A stretch of DNA of 64,000 nucleotides, taken from positions 17,490 to 81,489 of IMG/VR virus record IMGVR_UViG_3300034375_010007; one strand, given 5' to 3'. This document shows, piece after piece, positions 28,623-38,114 of this stretch. The notes beneath the pieces were generated by a model. That model was given only the letters and a program-made list of their open reading frames with translations. It was not told where the DNA came from and searched no databases. Position 1 is the first letter of the stretch, and every line of letters begins with the position of its first letter. The position numbers and the translations under genes are program-made. This DNA is from a virus.

Positions 28623-31600
28623 ATGAGTTTTAAAACTTTATTCGATAAAGCCAAGAAAGTAAGCTCCCTCTCAAACAAATCATCAAAAGATATTGGTGCT
28701 GAAGTTGAGTCGGTTGGCTACCATAAAGAAGACATCATTCATGAAAAGCGTTACATTCCAAATGTAGACTTTTCAGATCCGTCTAGTTTCGCCCGTTATG
28801 GTTCTGCCGAAGAATATTACGTTCAGTCTATAGATAGAGTTAGCGAAACTTATCCTTATGATGGTTCTCTAAAAGAGAGGCTTGAATGGGAGAATGAATC
28901 GACTTACATCGATCTGCATATTCTGGATAATTTATACCCTAGAACAAACGGGTATGCAATATTCTCGGCAGATGGCTGGGGATCTTCATCAGTAACGGAA
29001 ACTTACGGTCTTTCTGATGACTTAGAGTATGTGTATTTTGAGGGAGGTCCGCATCCAAACCCCAATGGGATGACCCCATATTCATTGCAGTTCACGGGGT
29101 CCAATTACTACGATGCAAGCACAAACCGCGAAAGCAATCTTAAATACGATCTTCAAGGCAATGGCGTAACAGTAGAATTTTGGCTGAATAAGAGTGAGTT
29201 CCTGACTTCCCTTACAGAGAAAGAAATAATTTTTGATCTTTGGAATGGTGAGACATACAATACCCCAACCTATGGTCGCTTAACGATTGAGCTTACTGGT
29301 GCTGCTGATGGGCAAAATCCATTTTTGATTACTGCTTTATCTGGTACAACTGGCATCACAAGGCAGACATTAACAAACGATTCTACTTTCACAACGGCAT
29401 CTGTTGCTGATGGATCTTGGCACCATTATGCTGTTAGTCTTATGTCAGCCTCGGCTGGTATCGAAACAAAATTTTATATTGATGGTTCACTAAGGAGTAC
29501 AATAACGCAAGGGTCGTCTGGTATTAATGAAGTTACCGGCGCCTTGCGAGCAAACCTAGCAGCTGCTGTTACGAGTCCCGCAGCGACATCTGCGCCGGCG
29601 TATTCGGGTAAATTATCTGGCTCGTTAGACGAATTTAGATACTGGAAGACCCAAAGAAGCTCCAAAGACGTAGGTAGATACTTTATCAGCCAAGTCGGAG
29701 GTGGTACAAACTCTGACCCAGAGCCCTTCACGGACACACGGGAAGATGTTAACACAAAGCTGGGTGTTTATTACAAGTTCAATGAAGGAATTACTGGGAT
29801 AGCTGCGACAGACAGCGTAGTTTTGGATTACGCAGGTCGCGTCACAAATGGTGCTTGGACTGGATATGGAACAAATTCAAGAAACACGGGGTCCGCGATA
29901 GTTCTTTCCAACGCGGCAACAAAAGAATTTTTAGATCCAATTATTAGATCAAATCACCCCGATGTTGTAGCGCTTAGGGCAGGATTGGCTAGTTCTGGCT
30001 CGGTATACGATGTCAACAACAATGCTTCCATATATAATTCAATACCTGCTTGGATCACAGAAGAAGATTCAGAGGGCGAAAAGCAAGTAAAATACTTAAC
30101 CCAAATCATCTCTAGCTATTTTGATACCCTCCATATTCAGACTTCTGAATTAAACAATCTAAAGAATGTTGAATATGTAAGCGGCAGTGATAAGCCATTT
30201 CCCTATTCTTATAAGAAGCTTAACGCACATGGCTTTGTATCTCCGGAGATTTTTCTTGATGCCGATGTGTTGGAAAAGTTGGCCGATAGAAGTGAAGACA
30301 GGATCTATGACAAATCTTTAAATGATATTAAAAACATCATTTACCAGAACATTTACAACAACTTAACTTACATTTACAAATCTAAGGGAACTGAGAAATC
30401 CTTTAGAAACCTGATTCGCTCATTCGGAATCGATGATGAGTTGATAAAACTCAACATGTATGCTCAGAACACTGAGTACGAATTCCGAGAGAATAGAAGA
30501 AATATTCTTGTTAACGATAAACTTGTTAACTTTAACAGCGAGACTAACAAGAGTGCTGTTGTATACTCGTTTTCATCGTCTGTAAATCCAAATTCAACTG
30601 GAGTTATCCCCGAGGCGACACAACTTACAGGTGGCTATGCTATAACGTTGGAGGCGGATGTCACTTTCCCAACAAAGCCGCTTGAATCTCAGGATGCAAA
30701 TTACTTCTTTACGAATGCTATAAGTTCCTCTGTATTTGGTATTCACGGCGCCGTCGCTGACCAGACAGACACAACTTGGAACAGCACCGATGCTGTGAAC
30801 TTCCAAGTGCTTTCGATTCGCGACGAGCTAAACTCTGATAATGCATACTTTATGCTTACCGGAACAGTCGGCGGATATGTACCGCAATTAACCTCATCTC
30901 TTTATGAAGACCTTTACACCGATTCCACTTGGAACCTATCAGTCAGAATAAAGCCAGAAAATTATCCTTTATCCAATTTTGTTGATGGCGCAGACACCGG
31001 GAATTACACTGTTGTGTTTGGTGGTGTTGAAGTTAGATCCGGCGAAGTTGTAAACACCTTTACAGTTTCTGGAACAGTTAACTCCCCACCAGACTCGTTT
31101 ATAAGTGGCTCTAGAAGAGTTTTCCTCGGCGCCCACAGAACAAATGTCACCGGAGCAATCTTACAAACTTCTGATGTAAAGATTAACTCTTGTAGGTTCT
31201 GGCTGGATTACGTTGAGGACAAGGCTCTACGCGAGCACGCACTTGACACAGAAAACCACGGTGCGCTACGCCCAAGCTTGTATGCTTTCCCATGGGATAC
31301 TGATGCGACGTATGGCGAAGTATCCAAATTAGATACGCTGGCATTTAACTGGGAGTTCAGTGAGAACACGGGCTCAAATGCATCTGGTGAGTTCACAGTA
31401 CAAGATGAGTCTTCAGGATCAGCAACTTTGGCTTCAACAAGATTCGGTTGGATTGGCGATGTAGTTAATCAGCAGGTAACTGCAAAAGCATTTGGATTTG
31501 AACCATCATCTACATCAGCCATCAAAAAGGACTTTATTGTTGCGGCCCGACTGAACGAACTGGAGACAATTGCGCCGTCCGAAACAGTGCAAGTTCTAAG

Positions 31601-34600
31601 TGCTCAAGATCAAAAGGAATTCAAGATTGATTCCCGACCAATAAACTACTTCTTTGCTTTCGAAAAGAGCATGAGCAAAGTTATTTCCGAAGAGATGATT
31701 AATGCATTCGGAAGCCTTAAAGACTTTAATAACTTAATTGGCGAGGGAGTCAACAGATACCGTGATGAATATAAAGCTCTTAAGTTTGTAAGACAGAAGT
31801 TCTTTGAGAAGGTTGGAAATGATGAGATTGATTTTGATCGTTTCTACGAGTTCTATAAATGGTTTGATTCATCACTATCGTTTATGTTGGGGCAGCTTGT
31901 CCCAGCATCGGCAGAGTTTGCCGACAATGTTCGAACAGTTGTAGAAAGCCATGCTTTAGAGAGAAGCAAGTACAGAAATGTTTTCCCGTTTATTGATAGT
32001 GAAAAGTCGGTTTTCGAAGCAACAGCATCATCAAATGTAGATTACGGAGAAGCTATTTCATCACCAGATGATGATCCGCAGGGAACGGGCTTCTATCCTG
32101 CTCATGCGCCTAGAAGAAGAGCGGTGGGATTGACACCACGGGATTTGGTGAAAAAGTGGAAGTACGTTCACGCACCCGAAGATGGAGATCAAAAGAAAAA
32201 CTATCTTTGGTGGAAGAACAAAGCCGAAAGAGACAATCCTACAATTACCGAAAACAGCGCTGTAGACAACTCCAGAGGAGCAATACTGTCTGTTATCGAG
32301 CAAGTATCCATTAGAGAGAATAACAGACCATATCGCTTCTCTGTCGGAGGAACGAAAGTCTTAGGCGGCGTCGGACAACATCAAAACAAGGATGTTAATT
32401 TTGTTTTCCAAGCAACCCAGCCGTATGGTCCAACCATCACGGCGACTAATATTCCAATTAACATCATGCTGTCGTTCGATACAGAAGTGGAAAGGCTGCT
32501 AGATACAGAAGACGAATTCTTCCCAACATATAAGCAAAGATTGGGATTTGGGTTAGACCCCGATATCAACAGAAGTAACAATAGTAAACTGAAGATGAAT
32601 GGTAATAAGTTGGCTCCGTTCAGCTTATATGAGACATCAGAGCAAACAACTTTTAATGCTACAATTTCTAGTTCCTATAAGCCGGGTGTTACTGTCACCA
32701 ACCTACACCATGATTTTGTTGTGGACACTGATATAACCGCCCAGAGTCCATTCACAGAGAAGTTTGTTGGTGGTAGATATTACCGACATACGGAAATCAA
32801 CGATGGCACCGACACAAGAGAAACTAGGGCAGAAGGTTTTCGTTTAGCACTTGGTCTCAACTCAGCAAGCTCTAACATCCCTGTAGGCGCTTCTGGTGCT
32901 CTTGGTATTATTCCTCCAAACTACCCGTTCCTTGATTCGCCATCAGGCTCAGCGCCACATGGATGGCTTCCAGAACTTCCTACAGCACAGCGCTTCCGCG
33001 ATGAAACAGCAAAGCGTCCTGTGAACATAAAGAACATTTTGATGACGACTGCTTCGGTTGGAACACGCCTTTCGGGAACAATTGTTCACAACCAAATCGG
33101 TAACTATCAAAAGAATTATCAAGTTGTACAGACATCTGGCCGTTCTATTAACGACCCATTCTTCCAAGATCAGTCATTTAGTTTCGCACCAAATCCAGAA
33201 ACACTTGCGACAAGAGGACGTTTTCCTCTTGTGGAAGACTCAACAGAAAATACTGGTGGTGATTTGGATTACCAGTTACCTAATCGAGTTGGCGCGAATT
33301 CTAACAAGACAGTATTTGTTAACTTATTTTCGTCCCCCGGATCGTATGAAGTTATGTCTAGGGGCTACAGAGATCCCGCACACGAAGAGCTATCTGTCTA
33401 TAATGCTTTGCCATATCGTAATCTTGGCATTATTAATAGAGGGCTATCAGGCTCCAATACAGATAATACTCTAACAGGATCAATTAGAGTTGATGATCAT
33501 ATCGGAAAGCCCCGAGGTTTAAATCAGTTAGCGACTTTGCACGCCGGCGCTTTTGGTCATGACCCTGTTTTTGGTTCGGTGCCTGAATTAACATATATAA
33601 CAACGCCTTCTTGGCACAAGACAAATAGAAATGCAAAGACAAGAGTTGTAGAAGGTGGATTAAACGAGTCGGTGTTCGATAACTTATTTGTGCAGCATGC
33701 AATCCCGCGCTCTACGCAGCAGTATTCCTGGGTTACGGCGTCATTAGATTACGGATTGACAATCTACGGACTCCAGGCGCCAACCTGCTATAGCGCTAGC
33801 GCACTGTCGGAATTAATTATAACTGGCTCTGATTATGAAGATCTTACTTTTGTTGGTCTTAACACGGCTATTGTTGATCCTTTGACAGCTTCATCACATA
33901 TTCTAGGGTTTCCTCTGGCGGCTAATGCTAGTGCTTCTTACAACAATGATGATTATTGGGAGCCTCCTTCACTAGACACAGGCGCAGATTACTTTAATTT
34001 TGTAATTACAACCAGAAATGGTCCATGGGGCTACCCAACTTGGAAGCAAATTAGAACCGGTGAAACAAAGGTTGCGAGAAAGCTTCGCGAAACAAATCAG
34101 ATTGGATTGGTTACAACACCTCCACAAGTTCCTGTTTTGGCGGCGGGGGGAGCAGCATATCAATATGTTCAACCATTAAGACCTAATAGTTTTGTTGATT
34201 ATACGGAGCAACCAATTAGCTCTCGTTATTCGCCAACGTCAGTTTTGTTGGAAGACAACTCAGAGGACTCTGATCCACTAAACGATATTTCTTTGAAAGT
34301 AACTTATGGTAATGAGTTGGATTTATTTTCCAATGAATCTTTAAACAATAGATTAAACATCCCAGTTCCTGATTTAACAAATAATACATTAAACAGAGTA
34401 TTTGATTATGTGGTTGGAAGTAACCTAAGCACCATCATTGATTACGAAGAGAGAATATATCCAGCAGAAATAAATGCTTATAAGAACTCTGTTAGAAGAA
34501 GAACAGAATTTTCTATCACAAATATATGGGATAATGATCGCACAAATCGCTCTACTACATACGGCGGTAATGATAACTCGCAGGGTGTGAATATTGAAAG

Positions 34601-37127
34601 TTCTTCTATATGGCCTCTAGACGGGCACCTTGACTTTGCTACTACGCAATCTGTAGAGGTAAGGGATGGCGCTGGTGAATTGCTGAACTCATACTCAAGG
34701 TTTGCTCAGACTTCTGCAAATATAAGACCGGCTGTTACATACGCACAGAGAGTGCCGGCTGGATCCTCTTCTGCGGGGGGAGATAAGGTTTTTGCCGGAG
34801 ATGCTTTGTGGGAAGCCGGAACTCAGTCGGGCAAAACTCCTTACGAGAGTTATGACTCTTATTCACAATACATTGCATTAGTAGGTAAGGATTATTCTAT
34901 TGTTCCAGAATTTAGGATTAGCGAGTTGTTTGAAACTTATATTGAGGACAACGGTGGCGACTTCCTAGCAGAAATTAATAATACTTTTAACTTAACTGGA
35001 GCATCTATTACAGATTCAAGCGTTGATGATTTTTATAGAGTATATTCTAATTCAGATTTTATGAAGTATTTCTCTGTTGTAGATGATAGTTTAAACGATC
35101 AAAGGTCAGGAGACCTAAAAATTCAGAGAGATAAAGCAGCAATCCGCTGTAATGCCATCACTAAATTCTTGCCATATAAGGGATTCTATCCTGCCGAAAG
35201 AGTTGTGGAATTGGGAACATTATTCTCTCAATCCTACGGACCGCAAATTCTTGCAAAGCTGGGTGGCACCGTCACGCAACAGCAGGCTTATAGAGTTCTG
35301 CTGGAGCCAATGATGTCTCCGGGAATTTTATGTAATACAATTAAATCTGGTATTGCTGTTAGTTACCCTGTTCTAGTCAACACTGCCTCAAATGCCGACG
35401 ATGCGGCTGGTAATGCTAGTTTGTTAGCTGACAGGCGAGTTGATGGTACAAATACAACGCTATTCGAAGGCGTGGTTAAATACCCGAAAGTTCTAATACA
35501 ATATGCTTTAAGCAACGGAGAAATGACTAGGCCAGAGGCTAGTGGTTCAACTAACGAAGTCCTACCATTTGAAACAATATACCGCCCTGAAAATTACTTA
35601 ACTCCAGAGTATTTAACCGGCTCCGGTGCTATTTTTGATAGCGGGGTTGATAATAATTCACTGCTTGATACGAGCGCCGGCCCATTATACGTTAAGTTTG
35701 TGGATGGCAAGAAGCTTTATCGTCATGCGATTGATAACTTTTTATGTGCCACAACAGAGTTTTTCACAAACTCGCCAGCTGCTTTTGTGTCTAATCGCGA
35801 GGATCAGTTTAATCATGTAACAAGCGGTTCTACATATGACATGGAAGTTGAACTTTATAGAACTCGACGCGCCCACAACGGAGAAATCGTTGTTGATACC
35901 TCCTCTTTTGACATGTACGTTCGAGAGTCCGCATTCGGTAACCCGCTATCTCCGTCCGGAGTCTATGCCGGTCAAGCTACATTTGATCATGTGACGCCTC
36001 CTTATTTCTCTGGCTCTGCAAAGGCAACAATAACATACACTCCGACCACTACAGGAAAGCCAACACTAGATGACATTCTAGCAAACTCAACCTTTGCATA
36101 TAGTCGTGATGTGAGTGGATCATCTCCATCGGACTTTAGAATGAATGTGGATTCATGCTTAAATCTCACAGACTATTTTGCATCTGTTCCGGCTGGAACA
36201 AATTCGCAATCTAAATCATGGCTAATTCAAAGCAAGTTTGAAACACCAGTCCTGAACTTTGCTGGCATTGTGCCAACTAACACAACATCTAGTTTGGTTG
36301 ATTCGGGCGTCTCTACGGCAGAACAATTGAAAACCGGAGGAATGTGGCACCTGTATGGAAACCTGCCAAATAATTCTAGAGAAGGAATTTTCATTACCCT
36401 GAAGGATACAAAGTCTAATCTTTCATTAGCAGACGTTTGTGGGTTTGACACAGGAGTCCCACAAAGAGTGGGAGAAGTAAGAGAAGCTGGTTTGCTGGAA
36501 GAGGCAGTTGTGGCTGTGCCATTCATAGAGACAAGCAACAGAAGAAAATTCTTCACAATGTCCAAAGAAGAGTCACAACATAGAGTTGTCGCATCAGGAC
36601 TACAAAAGTATGTTTTCCCGCCAAGGTTTGATTTTGTTACCAACAAATCAGTTAAGCCAATATTGATGTACATGTTTGAATTTAGTGCCAAGGTAACCAA
36701 ACAAGACATAGCGGATATGTGGCAGAACCTACCTCCAGATATTAGTGAAAAGTTTGAACAAAAAGAAGCTATAATTGATGATGACAGAATTCTAGAACTT
36801 CTAGCCACAAAGTCAAACGAAATTAAATGGATGGTATTCAAAGTCAAGAAGCGCGCCAGCAAGTCTTACGAGAAGTTTAGAAGATCTCTCGTCACAGACG
36901 ATACAAGCGCCATTCCGGATAGCATTGGTAATTACTCATACAACTGGCCATACGATTACTTCTCTCTTGTAGAACTAGTTAAGATTGATGAAACAATAAG
37001 GTATTCCTCTGTAGACCTAACAGATAAGCCAGACAGCAAGGTTGAGATAGTAGGAAATGTTAATGTCCAGGGTGTTCCGGGTAGCCCACCTCCCGTGATC
37101 ACACTGCCAGAGGGATCTGAAGGATAA
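28623..37127 (+). CDS. giant baseplate/tail protein with LamG/concanavalin-like domains (2834 aa)
   Basis: VTVEFW, WHHYAV, FYIDG, GSLDEFRYW and YYKFNEG; IYKSKGT..S baseplate-wedge-like motif. Confidence 0.75.
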   Translation: MSFKTLFDKAKKVSSLSNKSSKDIGAEVESVGYHKEDIIHEKRYIPNVDFSDPSSFARYGSAEEYYVQSIDRVSETYPYDGSLKERLEWENESTYIDLHILDNLYPRTNGYAIFSADGWGSSSVTETYGLSDDLEYVYFEGGPHPNPNGMTPYSLQFTGSNYYDASTNRESNLKYDLQGNGVTVEFWLNKSEFLTSLTEKEIIFDLWNGETYNTPTYGRLTIELTGAADGQNPFLITALSGTTGITRQTLTNDSTFTTASVADGSWHHYAVSLMSASAGIETKFYIDGSLRSTITQGSSGINEVTGALRANLAAAVTSPAATSAPAYSGKLSGSLDEFRYWKTQRSSKDVGRYFISQVGGGTNSDPEPFTDTREDVNTKLGVYYKFNEGITGIAATDSVVLDYAGRVTNGAWTGYGTNSRNTGSAIVLSNAATKEFLDPIIRSNHPDVVALRAGLASSGSVYDVNNNASIYNSIPAWITEEDSEGEKQVKYLTQIISSYFDTLHIQTSELNNLKNVEYVSGSDKPFPYSYKKLNAHGFVSPEIFLDADVLEKLADRSEDRIYDKSLNDIKNIIYQNIYNNLTYIYKSKGTEKSFRNLIRSFGIDDELIKLNMYAQNTEYEFRENRRNILVNDKLVNFNSETNKSAVVYSFSSSVNPNSTGVIPEATQLTGGYAITLEADVTFPTKPLESQDANYFFTNAISSSVFGIHGAVADQTDTTWNSTDAVNFQVLSIRDELNSDNAYFMLTGTVGGYVPQLTSSLYEDLYTDSTWNLSVRIKPENYPLSNFVDGADTGNYTVVFGGVEVRSGEVVNTFTVSGTVNSPPDSFISGSRRVFLGAHRTNVTGAILQTSDVKINSCRFWLDYVEDKALREHALDTENHGALRPSLYAFPWDTDATYGEVSKLDTLAFNWEFSENTGSNASGEFTVQDESSGSATLASTRFGWIGDVVNQQVTAKAFGFEPSSTSAIKKDFIVAARLNELETIAPSETVQVLSAQDQKEFKIDSRPINYFFAFEKSMSKVISEEMINAFGSLKDFNNLIGEGVNRYRDEYKALKFVRQKFFEKVGNDEIDFDRFYEFYKWFDSSLSFMLGQLVPASAEFADNVRTVVESHALERSKYRNVFPFIDSEKSVFEATASSNVDYGEAISSPDDDPQGTGFYPAHAPRRRAVGLTPRDLVKKWKYVHAPEDGDQKKNYLWWKNKAERDNPTITENSAVDNSRGAILSVIEQVSIRENNRPYRFSVGGTKVLGGVGQHQNKDVNFVFQATQPYGPTITATNIPINIMLSFDTEVERLLDTEDEFFPTYKQRLGFGLDPDINRSNNSKLKMNGNKLAPFSLYETSEQTTFNATISSSYKPGVTVTNLHHDFVVDTDITAQSPFTEKFVGGRYYRHTEINDGTDTRETRAEGFRLALGLNSASSNIPVGASGALGIIPPNYPFLDSPSGSAPHGWLPELPTAQRFRDETAKRPVNIKNILMTTASVGTRLSGTIVHNQIGNYQKNYQVVQTSGRSINDPFFQDQSFSFAPNPETLATRGRFPLVEDSTENTGGDLDYQLPNRVGANSNKTVFVNLFSSPGSYEVMSRGYRDPAHEELSVYNALPYRNLGIINRGLSGSNTDNTLTGSIRVDDHIGKPRGLNQLATLHAGAFGHDPVFGSVPELTYITTPSWHKTNRNAKTRVVEGGLNESVFDNLFVQHAIPRSTQQYSWVTASLDYGLTIYGLQAPTCYSASALSELIITGSDYEDLTFVGLNTAIVDPLTASSHILGFPLAANASASYNNDDYWEPPSLDTGADYFNFVITTRNGPWGYPTWKQIRTGETKVARKLRETNQIGLVTTPPQVPVLAAGGAAYQYVQPLRPNSFVDYTEQPISSRYSPTSVLLEDNSEDSDPLNDISLKVTYGNELDLFSNESLNNRLNIPVPDLTNNTLNRVFDYVVGSNLSTIIDYEERIYPAEINAYKNSVRRRTEFSITNIWDNDRTNRSTTYGGNDNSQGVNIESSSIWPLDGHLDFATTQSVEVRDGAGELLNSYSRFAQTSANIRPAVTYAQRVPAGSSSAGGDKVFAGDALWEAGTQSGKTPYESYDSYSQYIALVGKDYSIVPEFRISELFETYIEDNGGDFLAEINNTFNLTGASITDSSVDDFYRVYSNSDFMKYFSVVDDSLNDQRSGDLKIQRDKAAIRCNAITKFLPYKGFYPAERVVELGTLFSQSYGPQILAKLGGTVTQQQAYRVLLEPMMSPGILCNTIKSGIAVSYPVLVNTASNADDAAGNASLLADRRVDGTNTTLFEGVVKYPKVLIQYALSNGEMTRPEASGSTNEVLPFETIYRPENYLTPEYLTGSGAIFDSGVDNNSLLDTSAGPLYVKFVDGKKLYRHAIDNFLCATTEFFTNSPAAFVSNREDQFNHVTSGSTYDMEVELYRTRRAHNGEIVVDTSSFDMYVRESAFGNPLSPSGVYAGQATFDHVTPPYFSGSAKATITYTPTTTGKPTLDDILANSTFAYSRDVSGSSPSDFRMNVDSCLNLTDYFASVPAGTNSQSKSWLIQSKFETPVLNFAGIVPTNTTSSLVDSGVSTAEQLKTGGMWHLYGNLPNNSREGIFITLKDTKSNLSLADVCGFDTGVPQRVGEVREAGLLEEAVVAVPFIETSNRRKFFTMSKEESQHRVVASGLQKYVFPPRFDFVTNKSVKPILMYMFEFSAKVTKQDIADMWQNLPPDISEKFEQKEAIIDDDRILELLATKSNEIKWMVFKVKKRASKSYEKFRRSLVTDDTSAIPDSIGNYSYNWPYDYFSLVELVKIDETIRYSSVDLTDKPDSKVEIVGNVNVQGVPGSPPPVITLPEGSEG

Positions 37128-37130
37128 TAA

Positions 37131-38114
37131 ATGAGCTTTTTTGACAAAAAAGAAGAAGTCATAGAAATGAAGTTGACTGAGTATGGTAAAAGAAAGCTTG
37201 AGCTTGGTCGCCTAAATCCAACTTTTTACGCGTTCTTTGACGATGATATTCTGTACAATACAGAAGCAGCCGGATTCACGGAGGCGCAGAATGATGCAGA
37301 CAGAAGAATTCGTTTTGATACGCCTTCTCTTAGGGTCCAAAAAAGCACGACAGGTGCAGAAACAAGAGTTAACCAGTTTTTGGATGATGTTTCTGATCAA
37401 CTACAAGAGAAGACTGGTAGTGCCGGGCAATATCTTATTTCTGAAAATTCTGTTGCATTTGTTAATGCTTTTCAAGACACGCCACAGTTTGCGCAAAAGT
37501 TTTTCTTAGGATCGGATCCCCTCGGAACAAGTGATTTAAAAACTCAGTATGCTCCAGCATGGCATATTAACGCCCTAGCAGGAGAGATAAGCTCTAGCCA
37601 GTATTATCAAACCGTCAACCTTACATCAAGCAATACGAGTCTTGCAAATGGAATTGTTAGAAACATTCCACAATTAGATATTACAATTGACTATAAAACT
37701 TTCTATTCATCAGACAATGAAATAGATGATCTTACGGGCGAAGCAGCAGAAAAAATTGTTAGGCTGACTCAAGATAATGATGCTGGTGTAGCATTATACA
37801 TGCAAGAAAATTATTTAGTTTTAGATATTGTTGAAAGAAACTCGGACAACTTAAAAGAGAATTTTGAAATAGAAGTGTTTCTCTCGGGCTCGGATGGAAC
37901 TTATTCCAAAAAGACTTTCTTAACAGAGCAAGATTTAGCTGTTGGTATGGACGACCAAAAAGTTGAATATTATGCAAACATACTTGTTGATACTGAGATG
38001 CCAAACGAGGCTATCAGCAGGCTAAATATACAAGAAAGCACACTTAAGGGTACAATCGCCAGAACACAGCTTTCTAGAAACCTATATACTTCTGATAATG
38101 AGGAGCCTTGCTAA
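37131..38114 (+). CDS. putative tail/baseplate protein
   Basis: N-terminus LTEYGKRKL..G....YAFFDDDILY is paralogous to that of 45072..46031. Confidence 0.65.
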   Translation: MSFFDKKEEVIEMKLTEYGKRKLELGRLNPTFYAFFDDDILYNTEAAGFTEAQNDADRRIRFDTPSLRVQKSTTGAETRVNQFLDDVSDQLQEKTGSAGQYLISENSVAFVNAFQDTPQFAQKFFLGSDPLGTSDLKTQYAPAWHINALAGEISSSQYYQTVNLTSSNTSLANGIVRNIPQLDITIDYKTFYSSDNEIDDLTGEAAEKIVRLTQDNDAGVALYMQENYLVLDIVERNSDNLKENFEIEVFLSGSDGTYSKKTFLTEQDLAVGMDDQKVEYYANILVDTEMPNEAISRLNIQESTLKGTIARTQLSRNLYTSDNEEPC